A DNA stretch of 64,000 nt from Pseudomonadota bacterium. GTDB lineage: Bacteria; Pseudomonadota; Alphaproteobacteria; Kiloniellales; J153. This document shows positions 18,604 through 27,359 of this stretch, one piece after another. The number at the start of each line of letters is the position of its first letter. Position 1 is the stretch's first letter. The notes under the pieces are model-generated. The model was not told the DNA's origin, searched no databases, and saw only the letters and a list, made by a program, of their open reading frames with translations. Made by a program: the position numbers and the translations under genes. The DNA lies in contig JACZVL010000001.1 in the NCBI GenBank assembly GCA_022572685.1, forward strand, positions 3,914 through 67,913. Reading direction: 5' to 3'.

Positions 18604-20936
18604 CCGAGTCGTTTATCGGCGCGCGCATCGGGCGGTTCGAGGACCGGGCCCTGCTTACCGGACAGGGGCAGTACCTCGACGACATTCACATGGCGGGCAT
18701 GCTGGAGATGGCCTTCGTGCGCAGCCCCCATCCCCACGCCCTGATTCGCGGCATCGATGCCGGCAAGGCGCTGGCCCTGCCCGGCGTACACGCCGTCTAC
18801 AGCCACGCCGACTTGGCCGCCGTGCTGACCGCGGACCGGATTCCGCAGGATAAGGGCGGCGCGAAGTTTCCCGACACCACCTGGCCGGTGGTGCTGCCGA
18901 AGGACGAGACCTGTTTCGTCGGCGAACCGGTCGCGGCGGTGGTCGCGGAGTCGCGCTATATTGCGGAGGACGCGGCCGCTCTGGTGGAGGTCGACTACGA
19001 GCCACTGCAACCGGCCGCGGATTGCCGCGACGCGGCGGCGCCCGGCGCGCCCAAGGTGCATCTCGAGGCGAAAGACAACATCGTCGCCGAGATTCGCGCC
19101 GACTACGGCGACTGTACGGCCGCCTTCGCCGCGGCCGACCATGTCTTCGCCATTTCCCTGAAGCAGCACCGCGGCGCGGCCCATTCGATCGAGGGGCGCG
19201 GCATTATCGCGAGCTACAGCGCGGTCGGGGACGAGATGACGGTCTGGGCCTCGGTCCAGACTCCGCACAAGCTGCGCAACGGGCTGATGGAGCTGTTCGG
19301 TGTCGACGAAAGCGGGGTGCGGGTCATCGTGCCCGACGTCGGCGGTGCCTTCGGCGGCAAGAACGTGATCTATCCCGAGGACGTCATGGTGGCCGTGGCG
19401 GCGCGGCTGTTGGAACGCCCGGTCAAATGGGTCGAGGACCGGCGCGAGCATTTCCTGGCGGCGGTCCAGGAGCGCGACCAGTACTGGGACCTGGAGATCG
19501 CCTGCGACGGCGAGGGCCGGATACAGGGGGTCCGCGGCAAGATCATCCACGACCAGGGCGCCTACACCATGATGGGGCTGCACACGCCGCACAACAGCGC
19601 GATCGCGGTTCCCGGACCCTATGTGGTGCCGAACTATCGGATCGACGTGGTCGTGACCGAGACCAACAAGGTCGGCTGCGTGCCGATCCGGGGCGCGGGC
19701 TACCCGGAAGCATGCTTCGCCATGGAACGGTTGCTGGACGAGATCGCGCGCGGGCTCGACTTGGACCGGGCCGAGGTGCGGCGCCGCAACCTGATTCCGG
19801 CCGACCAGATGCCCTACGAGCATCCGATGAAGACTCGCGAGGGGACACCGACGATCTACGACACCGGCGACTTCCCGGCCTGCCAGGTCCAGGCGCTGGA
19901 GACCGCCGATTACGCCGGCTTCGCCACGCGTCAGGCCCGGGCCCGGTCCGAGGGGCGCTACCTGGGCATCGGGGTCAGCAACATGGTCAAGGTGACCGGG
20001 CGCGGACCCTTCGAGTCGGGCGTCGTGCGGGTCGGCCGTTCGGGCCGCGTCAGCATCTACACCGGCGCCATGGAGATGGGCCAGGGCACCAAGACCAGCC
20101 TGGCCCAGATCTGCGCCGAACACCTCGGGGTTCCGCCCGGGGAGATCACGGTCGTCGCGGGCGATACCGGCGCCGTGCTGCACGGCATCGGCGGTTACGG
20201 CAGCCGCCAGACGGTGACCGGGGGCAGCTCGGTCCACCTCGCCGCCATCGAGGTCCGCGACAAGGCGCTCAAGGTCGCCGCCCACACCCTGGAGGTGTCC
20301 GAACGGGACCTGGAGCTCAAGGATGGCGAGGCACGGGTCAAGGGAGCGCCGGAGCTGTCCATGAGCCTGGCCGACATCGCCAAGGCGCTGTCCGGCGCCA
20401 AGGGCTACTCCCTGCCCAAGGAGGTCACGCCCTGGCTGCAGTCGTGCGTCAACTTCCGGCCGCCGGACGTGACCTACGCCAATGCCGCCCACGTGGTCGA
20501 GGTCGAGGTCGATATCGGCACCGGCGGCGTCAGGATTCTGCGCTACGTCATGGCCAACGACAGCGGGCGGCTGATCAACCCGACGCTCGCCGAAGGCCAG
20601 CTTGTCGGCGGCACCGTCCATGGCATCGGCAACACGTTGTTCGAATGGATGGGCTACGACGAGAATGCCCAGCCGGTCACCACCACCCTCGCCGACTATC
20701 TGCTGCCGACGGCGGCCGAGGTGCCGAACTTCGAGATCATCCACGTCGAGCATCCCTCGACCCTGAACCCGCTCGGCGTGAAGGGGATCGGCGAGGCCGG
20801 AACCGTGCCCGTGGCCGGCGCGGTCATCTCGGCGATCGAGCACGCGCTGGAGCCCTTCGGGGTGCGCATCGCCGAGGCGCCGATCTCACCGGGCCGGTTG
20901 ATCGAGCTGATCGCGGCCGGGAAGCAGGGAAGCTGA
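18600..20936 (+). CDS. Molybdopterin-binding large subunit of a xanthine dehydrogenase/CoxL-family hydroxylase
   Basis: Begins [25 protein letters not shown] at ATG 18600, an ATGA overlap with the small subunit. The track ORF start at 18411 is an upstream read-through. The active-site-region motif is PIRGAGYPEA, not the CO-dehydrogenase signature. Confidence 0.9.
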   Translation: MTESFIGARIGRFEDRALLTGQGQYLDDIHMAGMLEMAFVRSPHPHALIRGIDAGKALALPGVHAVYSHADLAAVLTADRIPQDKGGAKFPDTTWPVVLPKDETCFVGEPVAAVVAESRYIAEDAAALVEVDYEPLQPAADCRDAAAPGAPKVHLEAKDNIVAEIRADYGDCTAAFAAADHVFAISLKQHRGAAHSIEGRGIIASYSAVGDEMTVWASVQTPHKLRNGLMELFGVDESGVRVIVPDVGGAFGGKNVIYPEDVMVAVAARLLERPVKWVEDRREHFLAAVQERDQYWDLEIACDGEGRIQGVRGKIIHDQGAYTMMGLHTPHNSAIAVPGPYVVPNYRIDVVVTETNKVGCVPIRGAGYPEACFAMERLLDEIARGLDLDRAEVRRRNLIPADQMPYEHPMKTREGTPTIYDTGDFPACQVQALETADYAGFATRQARARSEGRYLGIGVSNMVKVTGRGPFESGVVRVGRSGRVSIYTGAMEMGQGTKTSLAQICAEHLGVPPGEITVVAGDTGAVLHGIGGYGSRQTVTGGSSVHLAAIEVRDKALKVAAHTLEVSERDLELKDGEARVKGAPELSMSLADIAKALSGAKGYSLPKEVTPWLQSCVNFRPPDVTYANAAHVVEVEVDIGTGGVRILRYVMANDSGRLINPTLAEGQLVGGTVHGIGNTLFEWMGYDENAQPVTTTLADYLLPTAAEVPNFEIIHVEHPSTLNPLGVKGIGEAGTVPVAGAVISAIEHALEPFGVRIAEAPISPGRLIELIAAGKQGS

Positions 20937-20967
20937 GTTGCGCGTCCGGGCGGTTCTTGCGGAGCGG

Positions 20968-21546
20968 TCAGCCGCGCCCGAACAGGCGCCGAATCGCGCC
21001 GCGGATGGCGTCCCACAAGACGCGGAATCCAAGGGCGACGGCGGAGATCGGTCGGGCCGGAGCGGGTTCCGGGAGCGCCGCCTCCGCGCCTTCACGCTTG
21101 GCCAGGGTCGCCTTCAGGCAGTCGGCGAACTGCCCGATCAGCTGCGCGGCGAGCGCGGAGATCATGCCGGCGCCGCGGCCGTATTGCGCGACCGAACCGG
21201 AAAGTTGCAAATCGGTGTGGATCAGCACCCTGGTGACGTTTCCGTCGGGCTCCAGATGGAAATCCACCGTGGCGGCCGCGCCGCCCCGGCCCTTGGAGTC
21301 GCTGCCCGAGGCCTTGACCCGCGCCCGGTATCCGGCCTCGTCGATCTCCTCGAAGCGCGCGGTGCCGTTGAAGACCAGCGCCACCGGGCCGAGCCGGACC
21401 GAAATCTTGCCCTTGAAGCTGGTTTCGTCGACGACCTCGGTCACCTCGGCGCCGGGCATGCAGGGTGCGATGCCCTCGATGTCGGTCAGGATGGCCCAGG
21501 CCTCGTCGATGGGGACGGGCACCTCGAATTCGTTGTCGATCTCCAC
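20968..21546 (-). CDS. CoxG-like SRPBCC-fold protein
   Basis: GTG 21546 is preceded by GGGAGGG. Begins (M)EIDNEFEVPVPIDEAWAILTDIEGIAPCMPGAEV and has the C-terminal amphipathic tail ...VLWDAIRGAIRRLFGRG. The 578-aa track ORF is this gene plus a spurious N-terminal extension. Confidence 0.8.
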   Translation of the reverse strand: MEIDNEFEVPVPIDEAWAILTDIEGIAPCMPGAEVTEVVDETSFKGKISVRLGPVALVFNGTARFEEIDEAGYRARVKASGSDSKGRGGAAATVDFHLEPDGNVTRVLIHTDLQLSGSVAQYGRGAGMISALAAQLIGQFADCLKATLAKREGAEAALPEPAPARPISAVALGFRVLWDAIRGAIRRLFGRG

Positions 21547-21750
21547 TTTAGAATATTCCCTCCCCTTACCTTCCCTTCGACGAAAACGCGCGCGACGGAA
21601 ACGCGCGCGCGTGCTCGTGGAACCGAGCGGCGATCCATTGAACCACGCGCCGGAGGCCGGGTCCATGCATCGGTTGACGGTGTTTGAAGATTGGCAATAG
21701 AGTCGCCGAACCGCCTCTTGGCGGCCGGGTAGGAGGGCGCCATCGCCAGG

Positions 21751-22725
21751 CTGAAACTGACCATCGCGCTGGAGCGTCTCGACCGCCACGTGCCGTTCTT
21801 CATGGGCGCGGTGAGCCTGCCGGAGGGAGTCGAACTGCGGGTCCTCGAGGTCGGGCTGGGCGACGCGGTGCACCGGGACGGCACCGACCGCCACGGCCGC
21901 ATGTTCCGGGACCGGGAATTCGATATCTGCGAGCAGTCCCTGTCCTCCTACATCATCTCGAAGAGCCGGGGCGGCGGGTTCACCGCGGCGCCGGTGTTCC
22001 CGCGCCGGCTGTTCAGCCAGAACTGCATGTTCGTCAACGTCGATGCCGGCATTGCGGAGCCCAAGGACCTGATCGGCAAGAAGGTCGGCGTGGTCTCGTT
22101 CCAGACCACGCTCTCGGTGCTGGCGAAGGGCGACCTCAAGTTCGACTACGGCGTCCCCTGGGAGGGCATCGACTGGTTCGTTCAGTCCGACGAGGAACTG
22201 TCCTGGGAGGCCGGCGCGGACGTTTCGGTCCAAAAGGTGCCGGCGGGCAAGAGGGTCGGCGATATGCTGGCCGAGGGCGAGCTCGACGCCATGTTCCATC
22301 CCCTGCCCCCGGCCTCGGCGGTCGGCCGGAGCGACCGGGTGCGGCGCCTGTTCCCGGATCCGCGTGCCGAGGCGACCCGCTACTTCGGCAAGCACGGCTA
22401 CTGCCCGATCATGCACCTGATGGTGTTTCCCGACGATCTGGTGGCGCGCGAGCCCTGGCTGCCCCGGGCGATGATCGACATGTGGGAGCAGGCGAAGGCG
22501 AAAACCGAGGCCTTCTACGACGATCCCAGCTATTCCCTGCTGCTGTTCGGGCGCAACGAGCTCGAGGCCCAGCGCGCGACCTTCGGCGCCGACCCCTGGC
22601 CCTCGGGACTGGCGGCGAACCGCGCCAACCTGGCGCGCTTCATCGATTATGTCGCCGACCAGGGCCTGATCGACGCGCCGATTCCCGTGGACAGCCTGTT
22701 CCATGACTCGGTGCTGGATACCTGA
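21751..22725 (+). CDS. 4,5-dihydroxyphthalate decarboxylase (PhtD)-like / NMT1-type periplasmic-binding-fold protein
   Basis: Contains REFDICEQSLSSYIISKSRG...APVFPRRLF...PKDLIGKKVGV. The family-typical N-terminus (KLTIALERLDR...) lies upstream of the first canonical start (GTG 21790). CTG 21751 and ATC 21742 are the only candidates after the stop at 21730. Confidence 0.6.
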   Translation: MKLTIALERLDRHVPFFMGAVSLPEGVELRVLEVGLGDAVHRDGTDRHGRMFRDREFDICEQSLSSYIISKSRGGGFTAAPVFPRRLFSQNCMFVNVDAGIAEPKDLIGKKVGVVSFQTTLSVLAKGDLKFDYGVPWEGIDWFVQSDEELSWEAGADVSVQKVPAGKRVGDMLAEGELDAMFHPLPPASAVGRSDRVRRLFPDPRAEATRYFGKHGYCPIMHLMVFPDDLVAREPWLPRAMIDMWEQAKAKTEAFYDDPSYSLLLFGRNELEAQRATFGADPWPSGLAANRANLARFIDYVADQGLIDAPIPVDSLFHDSVLDT

Positions 22726-22748
22726 AGATCAAGCGACTCCCTGGGCAT

Positions 22749-22764
22749 ATTTGTATTGACAAAT
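22749..22764. promoter_or_regulatory. Palindrome ATTTGT-ATTG-ACAAAT upstream of the HutC-type GntR gene
   Basis: Read directly, ~55 nt upstream of ATG 22818. GT/AC-cored palindromes are typical GntR operators. Confidence 0.3.
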
Positions 22765-22817
22765 AGATCCATACCAATCGACACTCGCGGGTCGGGAAGT
22801 GGGAGGAAAGATCGGTC

Positions 22818-23606
22818 ATGACGGGGAAAGTCCCCCAATACCAGGCCGTGGCCGAGGCGCTGCGCCGCGAGATATCCGAGCTGGCGCCCAACACCCTGCT
22901 GCCCACCGAACAGCAGTTGGCCCGGCGCTTCGGCATCAGCCGCGTGACCCTGCGCGAGGCGCTCGATCTTCTGGAGCGCGGCGGCCTGATTTCGCGGTTC
23001 CGCGGCCGCGGTACGGTGGTCAGTCCGCCCAAGATCACGCGACGCTTCTCGCCGTTGTACAGCTTCGAGCGCGACCTCACGGAACAAGGTGTCGCATTCG
23101 AGACGCGGGTCCTGGCCTACCAACCCAAGTCCATCGTGCCCGACTTCATTCGCGCGCGCCTGCGCCTGCCCGGCGATGGTTCGGCCGGGTTCCTGTCGCT
23201 GGTGCGGCTGGTCGACGACCGGATCGTCTGTCATGACCGGCGGCACTACCCCATGGCGATCGCCGCGCGTATCGAGCCGCACCTGATCGAACACCGCGAC
23301 GCCTCGCAAGTTCTCGAGGACCTGGTCGGCAAGCGGATCACCGCGGTCGATTGGGAGAGCGAGATCGTTCCGTCATCGATGGACGTCGCCGCGGCCTTGG
23401 GCCTCTCGCCGGGCGGGCTGATTCTCGCCAACACCTTTACTTACCTGCTGGAGGACGGAACCCCCGTGGAAGCCGGCGTGATCTCCTACCGGATCGACCG
23501 TTGCAAGTTCAAATACGAGGTGCCGTTCGGCCAGGCGGCGGGTGCGGACGACGACGCGGAGCGCCCACAAAGCGGCGCGAGCGAGCGGGCGGCGGGGCGG
23601 AAATGA
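22818..23606 (+). CDS. GntR-family transcriptional regulator, HutC subfamily (wHTH plus UTRA domain)
   Basis: 262 aa. Contains LPTEQQLARRFGISRVTLREALDLLERGGLISRFRGRGTVV, followed by a UTRA-like C-terminal half. Confidence 0.9.
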   Translation: MTGKVPQYQAVAEALRREISELAPNTLLPTEQQLARRFGISRVTLREALDLLERGGLISRFRGRGTVVSPPKITRRFSPLYSFERDLTEQGVAFETRVLAYQPKSIVPDFIRARLRLPGDGSAGFLSLVRLVDDRIVCHDRRHYPMAIAARIEPHLIEHRDASQVLEDLVGKRITAVDWESEIVPSSMDVAAALGLSPGGLILANTFTYLLEDGTPVEAGVISYRIDRCKFKYEVPFGQAAGADDDAERPQSGASERAAGRK

Positions 23607-25657
23607 ACGCGATCCGGCTGGGCGTGGATATCGGCGGCACCTTCACGGACATCACGGTGATGGAAGAGGATAGCGGCCGTGTCACCATCTCCAAGGTCCC
23701 GAGCCGGCGCGGTGATCCCGCCGGCGCCCTGATCGACGCGGTGGAGCGCGGACTGGTGCTGGCGAAGGTCGATGCCGCGCGCGTCTCGCTGCTGGTTCAC
23801 GGCACCACCCTGATTACCAATGCGGTGCTCGAGCACAAGCTGCCCAAGGCGGCGCTGGTGACCACCGAGGGCTTTCGCGACGTGCTGGAGATCGGCCGCC
23901 ACTTCCGGCCCGACATGTACGACCTGTTGCAGGACAAGCCCCTGCCGGTGATCCCGCGCGAGCGCCGCTTCTGCGTCGCGGAACGCACGGCGGCCGACGG
24001 CGAGGTCCTCAAGGAGCTCGATCACGACGCGGTGCGGGGCCTGTTCGACGCGATCCGTGACAGCGGCGCCGAGGCGGTCGCGGTCTGCTTCCTCAACTCC
24101 TTCGTCAACTCGGCCAACGAGGCCTTGGCCAAGGATTGGCTGCGCCAGGGGCTGCCGGGAATCCATGTTTCGGCCTCCCAGGAGGTTTGCCGCGAGATCC
24201 GGGAGTTCGAGCGCATGAGCACCGTGGCGCTGAACGCCGCCGCCATGCCCCTGGTCACGCGCTACCTGGAGGAGTTGGCGCCGCGCATCCGCAGCGTTCT
24301 GCCCAACGCGCAGATCCTGCTCATGCAGTCGAACGGCGGTTCGCTCACGATCGGTGCCGCCCAGGACTATCCGGTTCGCCTGATCACCTCTGGCCCGGCG
24401 GGCGGCGCGCTCGCGGTCCAGCGGATCGGCAAGGCGACCGATCGGGCCAATCTTCTGGGCGTCGACATGGGCGGCACCAGCACGGATATCTCGCTGATCC
24501 ACCGGGGCGAGCTGCGCATGACCACCGAAGGCGGCATTGCCGAGCATCCGGTGATGCTGCCCATGATCGAGATCAACACCATCGGCGCCGGGGCCGGCAG
24601 CATCGCGTGGCTGGACGAAACCCAGGGCCTGCATGTCGGTCCGCAAAGCGCGGGGTCCGAGCCCGGGCCGGCCGCCTACGGCTGCGGCGGCGAGGAGCCG
24701 ACCGTGACCGATGCCAACCTGGTGCTCGGCCGACTCCATCCGGAACGCTTCCTGGGCGGCGAGATGAAGATGGATCTCGATGCCGCGCGGCGGGTGCTGG
24801 CGGCGCGGATCGGCACCCCGCTCGGCCTGTCGGACGAGGCCGCGGCGGCGGGGATCATCCGCATCGCCAACGCCAACATGGAGCGCGCCATGCGGATCAG
24901 CTCGGCCGAGAAGGGCTTCGATCCGCGCGATCTGACCCTGGTCGCCTTCGGTGGCGCCGGCCCCATGCATGCCGCGGCGCTGGCCAAGGAGGTCGGCATC
25001 CCCACGGTCCTGGTGCCCGAACGGCCGGGCGTGTTCTCGGCGATCGGGCTGGTGATGGCCGATATCCGGCACGACTTCGTGCAGACCCGGGTTGCACGCG
25101 GCGCGGGCGTCACGGCCGAGCATCTTGGGCCGCTGTTTGCCGAACTCGACGCCGAGGCCCGCGCGGCGCTGGTCCGCGACGGCGTGCCGGAAGCGGCTCG
25201 CCGGCTCCGGCGCAGCGCCGATTTCCGCTATCTCGGCCAGGCCTACGAGGTCAACGTTCCGGTCCCGGAGGGAGACATCGACGCGCCCGCCATCGAGACC
25301 ATCGTCCAGAGCTTCCACGATCTGCACCAACGGCTCTACGCCCACAATCATCCGGACAAGCCGGTCGAGTTCGTCAGTGGCCGGGTCGCCGGGATCGGCT
25401 TGACCTCGGCGCCGCCGCTCAAGAGCCAGGCGCGCCGGGCCGGCCCGGCCACGCCGAAGGAGCACCGCCCGGTCTACTTCGACGAGGCGGCGGGCTTCGT
25501 CGATACCGCGATCTACGATCGGGACGGGCTCGCCGCCGGCGCCAGCTTCGAGGGCCCGGCGATCGTCGAGCAGCTCGACACCACCACCGTCATTCATCCC
25601 GGACAGCGGGCCGAGGTCGATGAGTTCGGCAACCTGCTGATCCAGATCGGGGAGTGA
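23603..25657 (+). CDS. hyuA: Hydantoinase/oxoprolinase family protein, A (beta) subunit type
   Basis: Begins MNAIRLGVDIGGTFTDI at ATG 23603, an ATGA overlap with the GntR stop. A second GVDMGGTSTD motif is present. The track start at 23351 is read-through. Confidence 0.9.
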   Translation: MNAIRLGVDIGGTFTDITVMEEDSGRVTISKVPSRRGDPAGALIDAVERGLVLAKVDAARVSLLVHGTTLITNAVLEHKLPKAALVTTEGFRDVLEIGRHFRPDMYDLLQDKPLPVIPRERRFCVAERTAADGEVLKELDHDAVRGLFDAIRDSGAEAVAVCFLNSFVNSANEALAKDWLRQGLPGIHVSASQEVCREIREFERMSTVALNAAAMPLVTRYLEELAPRIRSVLPNAQILLMQSNGGSLTIGAAQDYPVRLITSGPAGGALAVQRIGKATDRANLLGVDMGGTSTDISLIHRGELRMTTEGGIAEHPVMLPMIEINTIGAGAGSIAWLDETQGLHVGPQSAGSEPGPAAYGCGGEEPTVTDANLVLGRLHPERFLGGEMKMDLDAARRVLAARIGTPLGLSDEAAAAGIIRIANANMERAMRISSAEKGFDPRDLTLVAFGGAGPMHAAALAKEVGIPTVLVPERPGVFSAIGLVMADIRHDFVQTRVARGAGVTAEHLGPLFAELDAEARAALVRDGVPEAARRLRRSADFRYLGQAYEVNVPVPEGDIDAPAIETIVQSFHDLHQRLYAHNHPDKPVEFVSGRVAGIGLTSAPPLKSQARRAGPATPKEHRPVYFDEAAGFVDTAIYDRDGLAAGASFEGPAIVEQLDTTTVIHPGQRAEVDEFGNLLIQIGE

Positions 25658-25661
25658 GGCC

Positions 25662-27359
25662 ATGCGCGTCGATCCCGTCACTCTCGAGGTCGTCAACAAC
25701 GCGCTGGTGGGCGTGGCCGAGCAGATGGCGGCGACCATTCTGCGCACCTCCTATTCCACGGTGATCCGGGAAATGCTCGACTACTCGACGGCCCTCTTCG
25801 ACCCCAAGGGCCGGATCATCGCCCAATCGTGCCGCATTCCGATCCATCTGAACTCCATGTCGCGCTCGCTGCGCACGACGATCGACGAGACCTTCCCGAT
25901 CGAGGACTGGAAGCCGGGCGACATCGTGGTCACCAACGATCCCTACAAGGGCGGGCAGCACCTGCCCGACATCCAGACCTTCCTGCCGGTCTTCGCCGAG
26001 GGCGAGCTGGTGGCGATCTGCGGATCCCTGGGCCACCACCTGGACATCGGCGGCATGCGGCCCGGAAGCTACGCCGGCGACGCGGTCGAGATCTATCAGG
26101 AGGGCTTGCGCATCCCACCCATCAAGCTGTTCGAAGAGGGCAAGCTGAACGAGCGGCTGTTCGCCCTGATCGCGGCCAACGTTCGCCAGCCCGAGACCAC
26201 CAGCGGCGACCTGCGGGCCCAGACCGCGGCACTCGACATCGGTCACGGCGGCGTTCTCGATCTGGTCGAGCGCTACGGCGTCGCCACGCTCATGGACTGC
26301 ATGGAGCAGGCGGCCGAGGCCTCCGAGGCGCGCCTGCGGGCGAAGCTCCGGGAACTCCCGGCGGGAACCTACGAGGGCACGTACTTTGTCGATGACGATG
26401 GCGTCGTGGACCAGCCGATCCGGGTGGTCACCAAGGTCACCATCGGCGACGGCTCGATCCACGTCGACCTCACCGGAACCGACCAGCAGCGCCGCTCACC
26501 GATCAACGCGACGATCTCGTCTTGCGAGTCGGCGATCTACTTCGCGGTTCTCGCGATCCTGGACCCGACGATCCCGGCCAACTACGGCATCTATAAGCCG
26601 ATCCGAATCACCGCGCCCGAGGGGACCGTGGTGAACGCGCTGCCGCCGGCGCCGGTGGTGGGCCGCAACGCCATCACCCACACCATCGTCAATGCCATGA
26701 TGATGGCGCTGTCTCAGGTGGTGCCGGAGCGGATCACCGCCGCCTACTACGGCATGTCGAACGTCTACATCCTGTCCGGCGACGGCAAGGGCGGGGGCGG
26801 GGGCGGTGGCGACCGGCGCGGCTGGACCTTCTTCGACATCGAGGTCGGCGGCGGTGGCGGGCGCCAGACCAAGGATGGGCTCGACTGCTACTCGCAGGGC
26901 ATCCACAATCTGGCCAATACGCCGATCGAGATGGTGGAGATGACCTATCCGCTGCGCTTCCGGCGCTATGAGTATCTTCCCGATACCGGGGGCATCGGCC
27001 GCCACCGCGGCGGCCTGGGGGTGCGGCGCGACATCGAGTTCCTGGACGAAAGCGGCACGCTCAACACCCAGTTCGACAAGTTCAAGGTCGCACCCTTCGG
27101 CCTGTTCGGCGGCGGCGACGGTGCGACCGGCCGCCTGATCCTCAATCCCGATGGCCCGGACGCCCGCGAGCTTCACTCCAAAACCGTGAACTGCGCGCTC
27201 CGACGCGGCGACGTGCTCAGCATGAGGACCCAAGGCGGTGGTGGCTACGGGCCGCCGGAAGAGCGCGACCCGGCGGCGATCGAACGCGACCTGCGCGAGG
27301 AAAAGACCACACCCCAGCGGAGCCGCGAGGCCTATGGTTACCAGGGGGCGAAGAGATGA
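25662..27359 (+). CDS. hyuB: Hydantoinase B/oxoprolinase family protein
   Basis: 565 aa. Contains MRVDPVTLEVVNNAL...YSTVIRE and DPYKGGQHLPD, typical of HyuB. Confidence 0.9.
   Translation: MRVDPVTLEVVNNALVGVAEQMAATILRTSYSTVIREMLDYSTALFDPKGRIIAQSCRIPIHLNSMSRSLRTTIDETFPIEDWKPGDIVVTNDPYKGGQHLPDIQTFLPVFAEGELVAICGSLGHHLDIGGMRPGSYAGDAVEIYQEGLRIPPIKLFEEGKLNERLFALIAANVRQPETTSGDLRAQTAALDIGHGGVLDLVERYGVATLMDCMEQAAEASEARLRAKLRELPAGTYEGTYFVDDDGVVDQPIRVVTKVTIGDGSIHVDLTGTDQQRRSPINATISSCESAIYFAVLAILDPTIPANYGIYKPIRITAPEGTVVNALPPAPVVGRNAITHTIVNAMMMALSQVVPERITAAYYGMSNVYILSGDGKGGGGGGGDRRGWTFFDIEVGGGGGRQTKDGLDCYSQGIHNLANTPIEMVEMTYPLRFRRYEYLPDTGGIGRHRGGLGVRRDIEFLDESGTLNTQFDKFKVAPFGLFGGGDGATGRLILNPDGPDARELHSKTVNCALRRGDVLSMRTQGGGGYGPPEERDPAAIERDLREEKTTPQRSREAYGYQGAKR

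Noticed and set aside
18531-20843. 770-aa ORF antisense to the CoxL-like large subunit
   Set aside because: Shadow ORF typical of high-GC DNA. It is extremely Arg/Gly/Ala/Pro/Asp-rich with no recognisable motifs. The opposite strand encodes a full-length, motif-bearing molybdopterin subunit.
17234-20936. Calling the CoxMSL-like genes aerobic carbon monoxide dehydrogenase
   Set aside because: The large subunits lack the CO-dehydrogenase active-site loop (AYxCSFR-type) and show generic xanthine-dehydrogenase-family motifs. Only a family-level call is justified.
19022-21700. 892-aa plus-strand ORF overlapping the CoxL-like gene in another frame and running across the CoxG locus
   Set aside because: Arg/Gly/Pro-dominated low-complexity translation. 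It is out of frame with the well-supported gene at 18600-20936 and antisense to CoxG.
20968-22704. 578-aa version of the CoxG ORF, and the long N-terminal extensions of track ORFs starting at 18411, 23351, 27238, 29301, 33533, 45904, 42818 (-), 54303 (-) and 58592 (-)
   Set aside because: The extensions are read-through of upstream genes or intergenic DNA in a GC-rich frame. Family-typical N-termini, SD sequences and ATGA/GTGA overlaps identify internal start codons, and those are the coordinates given in the features.
23486-25747. 753-aa ORF antisense to hyuA
   Set aside because: Same shadow-ORF composition. hyuA on the plus strand has clear family motifs and operon overlaps.
26790-26880. 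Glycine-run region of hyuB (GDGKGGGGGGGDRRG...VGGGGGRQ) as another tandem repeat
   Set aside because: The nucleotide sequence is not a clean periodic repeat. A Gly-rich loop at this position is compatible with the protein family.
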